Origin: Alloprevotella sp.
Lineage (GTDB): Bacteria; Bacteroidota; Bacteroidia; Bacteroidales; Bacteroidaceae
DNA length: 64,000 nucleotides
Assembly (NCBI GenBank): GCA_045612125.1
Contig: JAZKYK010000001.1
Coordinates: forward strand, 60,596 to 124,595
Direction of reading: 5' to 3'
Both the position numbers and the translations under genes were made by a program. Below the pieces are notes generated by a model that was not told the DNA's origin, made no database searches, and saw only the letters and a program-made list of their open reading frames with translations. Of the stretch, positions 21,786-30,081 are shown piece by piece (within the stretch, counting starts at the first letter, position 1; the number at the start of each line of letters is the position of its first letter).

Positions 21786-23552
21786 ATGAAAAAAATATTA
21801 TTCCTTCTTTGTGTGTTATGCACATGTCCATCGTGGGCACGAGAATATTACACGTGGGAGAAAGCAACATCGCTGGCAGCAGGCGATGTCGTGGTTTTGG
21901 CAGCTGCAAACTATAAGTATGAGTTTTCAGAAATTTCAAATAAATTTGGCTCATCAAAGTCTTTTTCTGAAATGGTCAATGGGGCTCACTTGCTAACTGT
22001 ATCCCAAACCAATGACTATTACAGTTTTCAGAGTACTGTAAGTACGAGTAATTACCTCGCATACGCAAATAATAGTACAGAGTTAGCCTGGGGCAAATCT
22101 TCGGACGATCTTTCTCTATGGCAGGTTACGTTTAATGATGATGCTACTGTTGTCGTTAGAAATAATAAGGGCACAGGTCGTTATCTTAGATTTCGACTTG
22201 ACTCCAAAGATTTTCGTTGCTACAGCAGTGCAGTAGAAGAATCGCCCATTTGTTTTTATAAGCGTATCACCTATTCTGATGGTAAACAAGAACGTCAGTT
22301 GCAGTTTTCTGAAACAGAATGTCAGGTTAAGTGGGGTGAGGATTTTGAAGAACCTGTTCTTTCAGGAGAAACGGAGGGTGTGACGTATTCAAGCAGTAAT
22401 TCGGATGTGGCTGTTGTGGATGCAAACACGGGCTTTGTTGAGATTAAAGGCGGTGGGGTCACAACGATTACAGCGACCGCTGAAGCCACAGAAACGTTGA
22501 ACGACGGTACAGCATCTTACGTCCTTACCGTGGTCGATTATACCACCATAACCTTCAATTTTACCAACGAATCTTCGCTTCAAGCAATGGGCTTTGTTAC
22601 TTCAGGAAATTTTGATCCTGAGGTGTCGTATATTTATAAGGATGAAGTGAAGATTGAAGGTTCTGCTACGCAACAAACGATTATTTACTGGTTAGAGAAA
22701 TCTTTAAGGTTGTATCAGAATGGTGGTCGAATCAATATATCAGTTCCTGAACAGTATGAGATCGTGAATATTTCAATTCAAGGTACTGATTTTACGAAGG
22801 ATAAACTCAAACTGTCTTTAACATCTACAGTTTCAAAGGAAAGCATCACATGGACTGGAACAACGCAGAATTACACGGTCGAAGCCAATGGAGCTACAGT
22901 TATTATTCACAAAATAAACGTTTACTACAAAGAGCGTAAGGTACGTCCTGCTACAACGCAAGTCAAGATTGGCGCATTAGGCTTAACCACATTCTCTTCA
23001 TACTACGCTTGGCAATTGCCTGAAGGATTGTGTGCAGCTAAGGCGCAGTTGAAAGATGAAACGACCTTGCAACTTGTTACGGCGTGTCAAGAACAAGAGG
23101 TTCTTCCTGCACAAATTGGTGTCGTACTTTATGGTGAACCAGGCACGTATGAGCTTGTTCAGCCACTTGATGAAATGCCAAATCAAAATGTATCGGCTAA
23201 TTTATTAAAGCCAGTTTTGACCCACCAGACGATCCTTGCCCAGGAAGGCCATAAGGTGTTTATTTTAGCAAATGATGCAGAGCATGGTTTGGGCTTCTAT
23301 TATCAAGGCATTAAAGGGGACGGCAGTTCCGTCTCAAGAATCAATGGTAAGGCCTATTTAGAAGTGCCTGTTACAGAGGCGGTGATGAGTTATAAACTCC
23401 ATTTAACGCCAACAACAGGAATAGATGTATTGTCAACGCAAACGCTTGAGAATAAGTTGGGCGTATTTGATCTGAACGGTCGTAGAATACCATTACCCCA
23501 TCCTCTTAAGGGATTTTATATTGTGAATGGTAAGAAGGTTTTATTTAAATAA
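21786..23552 (+). CDS. Secreted surface protein with Ig-like (Big_2-like) domain and Prevotella-type T9SS C-terminal domain
   Basis: Signal peptide; VTYSSSNSDVAVVD..TG.V...GGG.TTITAT; C-terminal TTGI...FDLNGRRI...KGFYIVNGKKV. Confidence 0.8.
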   Translation: MKKILFLLCVLCTCPSWAREYYTWEKATSLAAGDVVVLAAANYKYEFSEISNKFGSSKSFSEMVNGAHLLTVSQTNDYYSFQSTVSTSNYLAYANNSTELAWGKSSDDLSLWQVTFNDDATVVVRNNKGTGRYLRFRLDSKDFRCYSSAVEESPICFYKRITYSDGKQERQLQFSETECQVKWGEDFEEPVLSGETEGVTYSSSNSDVAVVDANTGFVEIKGGGVTTITATAEATETLNDGTASYVLTVVDYTTITFNFTNESSLQAMGFVTSGNFDPEVSYIYKDEVKIEGSATQQTIIYWLEKSLRLYQNGGRINISVPEQYEIVNISIQGTDFTKDKLKLSLTSTVSKESITWTGTTQNYTVEANGATVIIHKINVYYKERKVRPATTQVKIGALGLTTFSSYYAWQLPEGLCAAKAQLKDETTLQLVTACQEQEVLPAQIGVVLYGEPGTYELVQPLDEMPNQNVSANLLKPVLTHQTILAQEGHKVFILANDAEHGLGFYYQGIKGDGSSVSRINGKAYLEVPVTEAVMSYKLHLTPTTGIDVLSTQTLENKLGVFDLNGRRIPLPHPLKGFYIVNGKKVLFK

Positions 23553-23558
23553 GAAACG

Positions 23559-23720
23559 ATGAAGAAAAGATATATGAAGCCCATAGTTGGCGTACTTGAT
23601 GTTGATTTTCAAACTCCAATACTCTCCACTTCACGCCCCTCGTATCAGATGAATCACTATGGCACAGATGCAGAGGCTTTGACCAAGAAGTCGGGCTGGG
23701 ATTCCTCTCAATGGCAATAA
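23559..23720 (+). CDS. 53-aa small peptide of the MKKxYxKP type
   Basis: Manual translation MKKRYMKPIVGVLDVDFQTPILSTSRPSYQMNHYGTDAEALTKKSGWDSSQWQ; fills the gap between two + genes. Confidence 0.7.
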   Translation: MKKRYMKPIVGVLDVDFQTPILSTSRPSYQMNHYGTDAEALTKKSGWDSSQWQ

Positions 23721-23735
23721 TCAACCAAAAGAAAA

Positions 23736-24470
23736 ATGATGCAAGCATTATTGTTGGCTGCGGGTTTGGGTACCCGTTTAAAACCTTTAACCTTAACAAA
23801 GCCCAAGGCTTTGGTGGAAGTGGCTGGAAAACCCTTGCTGGCGCATACCTTGGGCATTTTAGAACGCTATGGTGTAGATCGAGTGGTGGTCAATGTGCAC
23901 CATCATGCTGAGCAAATCAAGGATTACCTCTCGGGGTACGCCTCTAAAGCAGAGATTCTGATTTCCGACGAGAGTGGGCAATTGCTTGAAACGGGTGGTG
24001 CTTTGCGTAAGGCGCAAAATCTCTTTGATGCCGATCGTCCCATCTTGATTCATAACGTTGATATTATGAGTACGGCTGATTTAGGCGCCTTTTACGCTGA
24101 GGCTTCGAAGCACGACGCCTTGCTGATGGTGTCGGCACGCGAAACGCAGCGTTATTTGCTGTTTGATGAACAGCAACGCTTGGTGGGGTGGACCAATATC
24201 GCTACGGGTGAGGTGCGTTCGCCTTACGAAAAGTTAGATGTTGACCGTTGCACGAAACTCGCTTTTGCAGGCATACACGCCTGCTCCCCTCGCTTGTTTC
24301 CTATGATGGAAGATTTCCCCGAGCGCTTCTCAATTATTGATTTCTACCTCAAGGTTTGTCGCGATGTTGTTATTAAAGCCTATTGCCCCGAACAACTTGA
24401 GTTGTTGGATGTGGGTAAATTAGAGACATTGGCAGAGGCAGAACGCTTTGTCGCTAAAAACATAGGGTAG
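23736..24470 (+). CDS. Sugar-phosphate nucleotidyltransferase (MurU-like)
   Basis: LLAAGLGTRLKPLT..KPKAL, LLETGG, HNVD, DVGK. Confidence 0.88.
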   Translation: MMQALLLAAGLGTRLKPLTLTKPKALVEVAGKPLLAHTLGILERYGVDRVVVNVHHHAEQIKDYLSGYASKAEILISDESGQLLETGGALRKAQNLFDADRPILIHNVDIMSTADLGAFYAEASKHDALLMVSARETQRYLLFDEQQRLVGWTNIATGEVRSPYEKLDVDRCTKLAFAGIHACSPRLFPMMEDFPERFSIIDFYLKVCRDVVIKAYCPEQLELLDVGKLETLAEAERFVAKNIG

Positions 24471-24574
24471 AGGCGTAGAACGTTAGCGCACACAAACTTT
24501 TCTGGATGGCACGTTGGCGCAATTAACGCAAAGACATTAAATAGCCCCATACGCTTATCCTTTTAGATTTTTTG

Positions 24575-24718
24575 AACAGGAACCGCAGGCTGCGCGAGCA
24601 ACCTGCGGTTCCTGTTTTAAGACGATTCGGTATGACACTGCGTGAAGAAACATGCCGCCGTAACCAAACGAGGCTGTGTCACAAATGAAGACGACACAGC
24701 CTCGTTTGGTTTTTTTTC
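24575..24718. terminator. Two tandem long hairpins upstream of the recombinase
   Basis: AACAGGAACCGCAGG/CCTGCGGTTCCTGTT (24575-24616) and AACCAAACGAGGCTGTGTC/GACACAGCCTCGTTTGGTT plus T-run (24662-24718). Confidence 0.7.
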
Positions 24719-24789
24719 TACATACGCCCATCTTGGTGTGGAAATATCTTTTACATTCTAACTGTTTACCGTAACCTAATTAAAATCTT

Positions 24790-25992
24790 ATGGCAAAAGT
24801 TAGAATTAAGTTTCGTACTCTCTCCGACCATTGCGATTTGGGAGTTCTTTTCATTCAGGTGTTTCATGACCGCCAATTGCGACAGTTTACAACCGATTAC
24901 CGCATCACTCCAGAGGAGTGGCGCACCTATCAGGAAAAGGGTACTTTGTTTTCAACCGACCCACGCCGAATGCCAGTCCTTCAGAAACTTCAGCGTGAAT
25001 TGGCTGCTGATATTCTTGTGTTGGATAAAGCCATCTCTGCCTTGAAACAAAGCAAGCAGGAATACACTGTTTCAGAAATTATGCGTCTTTATCAAGCAAC
25101 GCGCTCCGACGTGCTCTTTTTTCGTTTCATGGAGAAGCTTATTGCTGAATTTAAACAAGATGGTAAATGGCGTTTGGCGGAGACCTATACCTCTGCGCTG
25201 TGTAGCATGAGAGCTTATTGCAGGAACATAGACCTTCCTTTTGAAGAACTCACAACGAAATGCTTTGAGGACTATGAGCAGTATTTACTAACAAAAGGAC
25301 TCACACTCAATACCATTTCCTTTTACATGCGTAATCTGCGTGCAGCCTATAATCGTGCCGTTGATTGTGGACTCACTGAGCAGCGCATGCCTTTCCGCCA
25401 TGTTTACACGGGCATTGAGAAAACGCAGAAACGTGCATTACCACTTTCTGACCTTCGTCGTATCAAAACGATGGACCTCAGCGAACGCCCTGTGCTACTT
25501 TTTGCGCGCGATATGTTTTTGCTGTCGTTCTACCTCCGCGGTATGTCATTTGTGGATCTTGCTTATCTTTCTAAAACAAATCTTAACAAGGATGTTCTGA
25601 TTTACAGGCGCAGTAAAACGAAACAAATGCTCAGTGTTAAGTGGGAACCTTGTATGCAGCAAATCATTGATCGTTATAAGGATGAGGCTTCACCACGATT
25701 ATTGCCGATTATTAAAGACGAGAAGAAGGCGCGCACGTGTTATCTCGGTGCCTCACGTCGCGTAAACCGAGCGTTGAAAATCATTGGGCGCACGCTTGGT
25801 TTGCCTTTTGAACTAACAATGTATGTGAGTCGCCATTCCTGGGCAAGTATTGCAAAAAATGAAGGGATACCTATCGCAGTTATTAGCGAAGGTTTAGGAC
25901 ATGATTCAGAAAAAACAACCCGGATTTACCTGGATTCTTTGGATAATTCGAAAATAGATAATGCAAATAGTCAAATTATTAATTTGCTGTAA
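24790..25992 (+). CDS. Tyrosine site-specific recombinase, probable DNA invertase
   Basis: Catalytic-domain motifs RGMSFVD, RSKT, SRHSWAS, LGHDSEKTTRIY; adjacent to an inverted-repeat-bounded promoter. Confidence 0.92.
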   Translation: MAKVRIKFRTLSDHCDLGVLFIQVFHDRQLRQFTTDYRITPEEWRTYQEKGTLFSTDPRRMPVLQKLQRELAADILVLDKAISALKQSKQEYTVSEIMRLYQATRSDVLFFRFMEKLIAEFKQDGKWRLAETYTSALCSMRAYCRNIDLPFEELTTKCFEDYEQYLLTKGLTLNTISFYMRNLRAAYNRAVDCGLTEQRMPFRHVYTGIEKTQKRALPLSDLRRIKTMDLSERPVLLFARDMFLLSFYLRGMSFVDLAYLSKTNLNKDVLIYRRSKTKQMLSVKWEPCMQQIIDRYKDEASPRLLPIIKDEKKARTCYLGASRRVNRALKIIGRTLGLPFELTMYVSRHSWASIAKNEGIPIAVISEGLGHDSEKTTRIYLDSLDNSKIDNANSQIINLL

Positions 25993-26016
25993 ATAAATGA
26001 ATTATCTATATGGTGA

Positions 26017-26627
26017 TATCTCTTGGTAAGAGAGGGAAATAACTACTTAAGGTGTTCTATTGTAATAACATGAGGAACGTAGAGTTCAACGAAACAGCAA
26101 TGAAGTAACCATAAAGTATTATGGCTTCGTTTTAACCAAGTATGTCGCACATAGGTTATGCCATAATTTAAAAATGTATAGAGAATCCACGAATCACGTC
26201 AAGCAATCGTGTAGAGTTGAAAAATGAGGAGGTTTCACCTTGTTAAGAAGTTTGAATCGTTAAAAGTTTTGCCGCTGAGATTGTATCTAGTTTGTAATAA
26301 AATAACCATAAACACCTGGGAAATAAGGCTTTCACCCATTCAGGTAGGATGCTTCTCAAAAACAATACTGGACTGCAATAATCTACGTTCTATGTGTGAG
26401 CAATTCTGCAACCCACATGGAAGACGCCCAAGGTTTCTCCACACCGTTTGAACTGCCCTCTCGAATAAAAAGAATAGGTTATTGAAATCTTAATCAATGA
26501 ATTAACAAAATCCAACCTTGGGTTTCACCGAATGTTAATTTCTGAAAAATTTACTTAATATTATTTTTATCTTTAGAATATTATATCTAATTTTGCATAC
26601 ATTATCCCCCTCTCTTACCAAGAGATA
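26017..26627. promoter_or_regulatory. Invertible promoter segment, in ON orientation
   Basis: TATCTCTTGGTAAGAGAGGG (26017-26036) and CCCTCTCTTACCAAGAGATA (26608-26627) are exact reverse complements; TAATTTTG box at 26588-26595 lies inside and faces the 26647 gene. Confidence 0.85.
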
Positions 26628-26646
26628 GATAGGCTATTGTAAAATT

Positions 26647-27930
26647 ATGAAAATAAGACAGTTAATTTTGGTGTTACTTTTCTGTACTTGTTCTGCCATG
26701 CGGATGGCGGCGCAAGAGGTTCATACGGAGTTCTGCATTGACTTCCGTGTGAGCAGCACCGTTATTGATTCTGCTTTTCATGACAATGGCGCCCGCTTGG
26801 CTGAGATGATGCGTTCTATTCAGGAACTTAATGCTGATAGCACACTTGAATTGCAAGAAGTGATGTTCTGCGGAACTGCTTCGCCCGAAGGACCGGTTGC
26901 ACTGAACAAACGTCTTGCAACGCAACGCTTAAAGACCCTTGAAAAGATCGTGCGCAAGGAATTTGCCATATCCGATAGTTTGGTGACTTACGATAACTAC
27001 TACATCCCTTGGGATTACCTGCGTGCAGAGGTCGCAGCCTCAGACATGGCATACAAGAATGAGGTTCTTCAGATTCTTGATGATGAAAATAAGTCTTCTG
27101 GCTATCACCATTCCAATGACCACAGCGATCCACGCATCGCTGCACTTATGAAACTTGATCAAGGCCGAGTGTGGAGACAACTCAATAATTTGTATTTTAA
27201 GCGCATGCGTAATGCTTGCGTTGTACTCTTCTTTTATAAACGCGTGCCTAAACCCGTCTTTGTGGCAAAGGTTGGGGCAGATACCCTTGCAGTGGCAGAT
27301 TCATTGAAGATTGATTCAACAAAGGTTGATTTAATGAAGAGCTTGCCCGTCCTTCCACAAATCCCTACGAACTCAACGCGTCAGCGCAATATTTATTTTA
27401 AGACGAACGCCGTGGCTTGGGGCTTCGCTATTGCCAATGCTGCCATTGAAATTGATTTGTGCAAGCATTTATCGCTCTCTGTTCCTGTCTATTATTCTGC
27501 ATGGGATTACTTTGTATCGACCTTGAAATTCCGTACATTCTCCGTATCGCCTGAATTCCGTTTCTGGTTAAATGAAAATAGTAATGGTGTTTTCGTTGGG
27601 ACGCATTTTGGATTTACGTACTATAATTTTGCTTTCAATCGCTCTATTCGTTATCAGGACCATAGCGAAAAGACACCTGCCATAGGTGGTGGGATGAGTC
27701 TGGGTTATCGCATGCCAATGGGCAAGGGTAAGTTTTGGAAGCACTGGAAGGTGGAATGCTCTGTGGGTTACGGTGCGCATTGGTTGTACTACGATAAGTT
27801 TAAGAACACCGATCGTACGAATCTTGGCCCCTGGCTTGGTAGTGTGAAGAAGGTGAATTTTGGCATCGACCAGGTTAATCTTTCGCTATCGTATTCGTTT
27901 GACTTAAAGAAGCTGGGAGGTAAAAGATGA
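26647..27930 (+). CDS. DUF3575-family outer-membrane protein with OmpA-like N-terminal domain
   Basis: Signal peptide; ASPEG...N..LA..R; KTNA..W....N..IE; PEFRFW; barrel-type C-terminus LSYSF. Confidence 0.8.
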   Translation: MKIRQLILVLLFCTCSAMRMAAQEVHTEFCIDFRVSSTVIDSAFHDNGARLAEMMRSIQELNADSTLELQEVMFCGTASPEGPVALNKRLATQRLKTLEKIVRKEFAISDSLVTYDNYYIPWDYLRAEVAASDMAYKNEVLQILDDENKSSGYHHSNDHSDPRIAALMKLDQGRVWRQLNNLYFKRMRNACVVLFFYKRVPKPVFVAKVGADTLAVADSLKIDSTKVDLMKSLPVLPQIPTNSTRQRNIYFKTNAVAWGFAIANAAIEIDLCKHLSLSVPVYYSAWDYFVSTLKFRTFSVSPEFRFWLNENSNGVFVGTHFGFTYYNFAFNRSIRYQDHSEKTPAIGGGMSLGYRMPMGKGKFWKHWKVECSVGYGAHWLYYDKFKNTDRTNLGPWLGSVKKVNFGIDQVNLSLSYSFDLKKLGGKR

Positions 27931-28988
27931 AGCGACTCATTTATTTATTAACGCATGCTCTGCTCTTTCTGCTGATGAGTTGCGATGTGCATGAGTGGCC
28001 AGAGGAAGACCTTATCTTTACCGATGCTTCCGTAGTGCTGCACCTTGATTTTACGACCGAGATGCCACTCTACACAGAGATTGACTATGCGCGTAACAGC
28101 GAGGTGCATGGTGCCTACGACAGTCACGACATACGCTACATCGTCAATGTCTATCGCACGGACAATAAACGCGCAGAAAGCCGTTTGCCCGATACAACGC
28201 TTGTGGTGACGAAGTCCAGCGTCTTCAGTCTGAATCACGTCATCCCCCTTACGTTGCAGGACGGTACTTATGCCTTCCGCATTTGGACTGACTATGTGGA
28301 TGTAGGTACCACTACCGATAAGTATTACAAAACCGACGATTTCTCGGAAATTATCTTGATGGACCGCCACAACCACTCGGGTAGTAATGATTACCGCGAT
28401 GCCTTTAAGGGTGAGATGCTGGAGGTTGTGGTGAGCAACGGCAATGCTCAGGACGTTTATGTGACGATGACACGTCCGCTCGGTAAGTTTAAGTTTGTCT
28501 CGACCGATGTTACAGGGTTCCTGAATCGCGTGGCCAAGAAAAATAACAAATATCTGATGACAGAGGGCACCGAGCTTTTCTCTAAAGACTATTACCGAGA
28601 GTTCTTGCGCAGCATCAACCTCAATGATTACGAGGTTTTTATTCGTTACGATGCCTACATGCCTTGTTCATTTAATATGTTTACGAATAAGCCAGCCGAC
28701 TCCTGGACAGGCGTTTCGTTCAAGAGCCGTATGTATTCCGAAGGTGATATGGAGATGGTGATGGGCTACGACTATATCTTTGTTAATGGTTCTGAAACCA
28801 CGCTTGCAGTATCCCTTGAAGTTTACGACAGCGATGGCGAAATGATGTCGTCCACCAACTCTATTATGGTGCCCATCGTGCGTAGCAAGCTCTCCGTAGT
28901 GCGCGGAGATTTCCTTACAGCCGAGCGCGCAGGTGGTGTGACGGTGAATCCCGGATACGATGGTGATGACTTTAATGTGCCGATTTAA
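27927..28988 (+). CDS. Fimbrial (type V pilus-like, DUF6562-like) lipoprotein, probable anchor/accessory subunit
   Basis: Lipobox LMSC-DVHEWP; M.RP.GKF; C-terminal VPI.RSKL.VVRG.FLT...V.P.YDG. Confidence 0.75.
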   Translation: MKRLIYLLTHALLFLLMSCDVHEWPEEDLIFTDASVVLHLDFTTEMPLYTEIDYARNSEVHGAYDSHDIRYIVNVYRTDNKRAESRLPDTTLVVTKSSVFSLNHVIPLTLQDGTYAFRIWTDYVDVGTTTDKYYKTDDFSEIILMDRHNHSGSNDYRDAFKGEMLEVVVSNGNAQDVYVTMTRPLGKFKFVSTDVTGFLNRVAKKNNKYLMTEGTELFSKDYYREFLRSINLNDYEVFIRYDAYMPCSFNMFTNKPADSWTGVSFKSRMYSEGDMEMVMGYDYIFVNGSETTLAVSLEVYDSDGEMMSSTNSIMVPIVRSKLSVVRGDFLTAERAGGVTVNPGYDGDDFNVPI

Positions 28989-28989
28989 G

Positions 28990-29113
28990 TTTAGAGCATA
29001 TTTAGAGTACAGAACACAGAGTACAGAACACAGAGTACAGAGTACAACTAATCCTCCGGATGGTCTCTCATCTCTCATCTCTCAACTCTCATCTCTCAAC
29101 TCTCATCTCTCAA
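28990..29113. repeat. Heptamer microsatellite blocks in opposite orientation inside the fimbrial operon
   Basis: (AGAGTAC/AGAACAC)n followed by (TCTCATC/TCTCAAC)n; no REP core. Confidence 0.75.
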
Positions 29114-29145
29114 AACTTGTTTACAAATAAATCAATATTTATACA

Positions 29146-30042
29146 ATGAAAAAACTTTATTTCTGGTTGCTTAGTGCAACTATGTTGTTTACCACTTCAT
29201 GTAACAACGAAGATCTTGCAGGCAATGCTGGTCAAACTTTAGAAGTCTCTTATAATATTAGTCTTTCTCAAATTGCCAGTCGTGCATACAGCGATGGTTC
29301 ATTGGCTACCCACCTTCAGTATGCCGTTTATGATGAGAACGACAATCTTTTGGAGAACCTTACACGTACAAATGGCGAAATCAATGGTTCAACAACGGTG
29401 AATCTTCAGCTCACAACGGGAAATACTTATAAAATAGTGTTCTGGGCAGCTGCGCCAGGTGCACCATATAGCCTGAACTTCTCTGAAAAGACCATGACTG
29501 TGAACTACGAAGGTGCACTGAGCAACGACGAAGCTCGCGATGCTTTCTATGCCTGCGATACCTTTGAAGTTGTAAAGGCTGAGTCAAAGACAATTGAACT
29601 CAAACGTCCCTTCGCACAACTCAATATCGGAACTGCCGATGCAGACCTTGAAGCATCTGTAGCCGCTGGCTACACACCCGTTTACTCAAGTGTAAAGGTG
29701 CCAACGTTTAAGACCATGAACTTGTTGTCAGGCGAAGTGAGCGATGAGGAAACCGTAGAATTTGGTTATGCTGAACTTGCAGAAGGCACTTTCCCTGTAG
29801 AAGGCTACACCTACCTCGCTATGAATTACTTGCTTGTTGGTAAGGAAAAGCACACTGTAGAAGTGAACTTCGACCTCAAGGACAACGCTACCAATACCAA
29901 GAACCGCACCGTAGGTTCAGTACCCGTTCAGCGCAACTACCGCACAAACATCTTTGGTGCAATTCTCTCAACAGGCATTGATATGACTGTAACTATTAAG
30001 CCTGAGTACAATGAAGGCGACCTTAAACCAGAAAATAAATAA
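29146..30042 (+). CDS. Type V pilin-like lipoprotein (DUF6562-like)
   Basis: Lipobox TTSC, ASRA maturation-type site, LKRPFAQLN, VPVQRNYRTNI.G. Confidence 0.8.
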   Translation: MKKLYFWLLSATMLFTTSCNNEDLAGNAGQTLEVSYNISLSQIASRAYSDGSLATHLQYAVYDENDNLLENLTRTNGEINGSTTVNLQLTTGNTYKIVFWAAAPGAPYSLNFSEKTMTVNYEGALSNDEARDAFYACDTFEVVKAESKTIELKRPFAQLNIGTADADLEASVAAGYTPVYSSVKVPTFKTMNLLSGEVSDEETVEFGYAELAEGTFPVEGYTYLAMNYLLVGKEKHTVEVNFDLKDNATNTKNRTVGSVPVQRNYRTNIFGAILSTGIDMTVTIKPEYNEGDLKPENK

Positions 30043-30081
30043 AAATACTTTAATTAATAACCTTTCTAATTTTTAACAATT

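Noticed and set aside
24790..25992. Prophage or ICE integrase
   Set aside because: No phage, excisionase, relaxase or conjugation genes nearby and no tRNA att site; the adjacent inverted repeats point to an invertase role
26224..26451. 75-aa ORF inside the invertible segment
   Set aside because: No recognisable motifs and atypical composition; likely spurious
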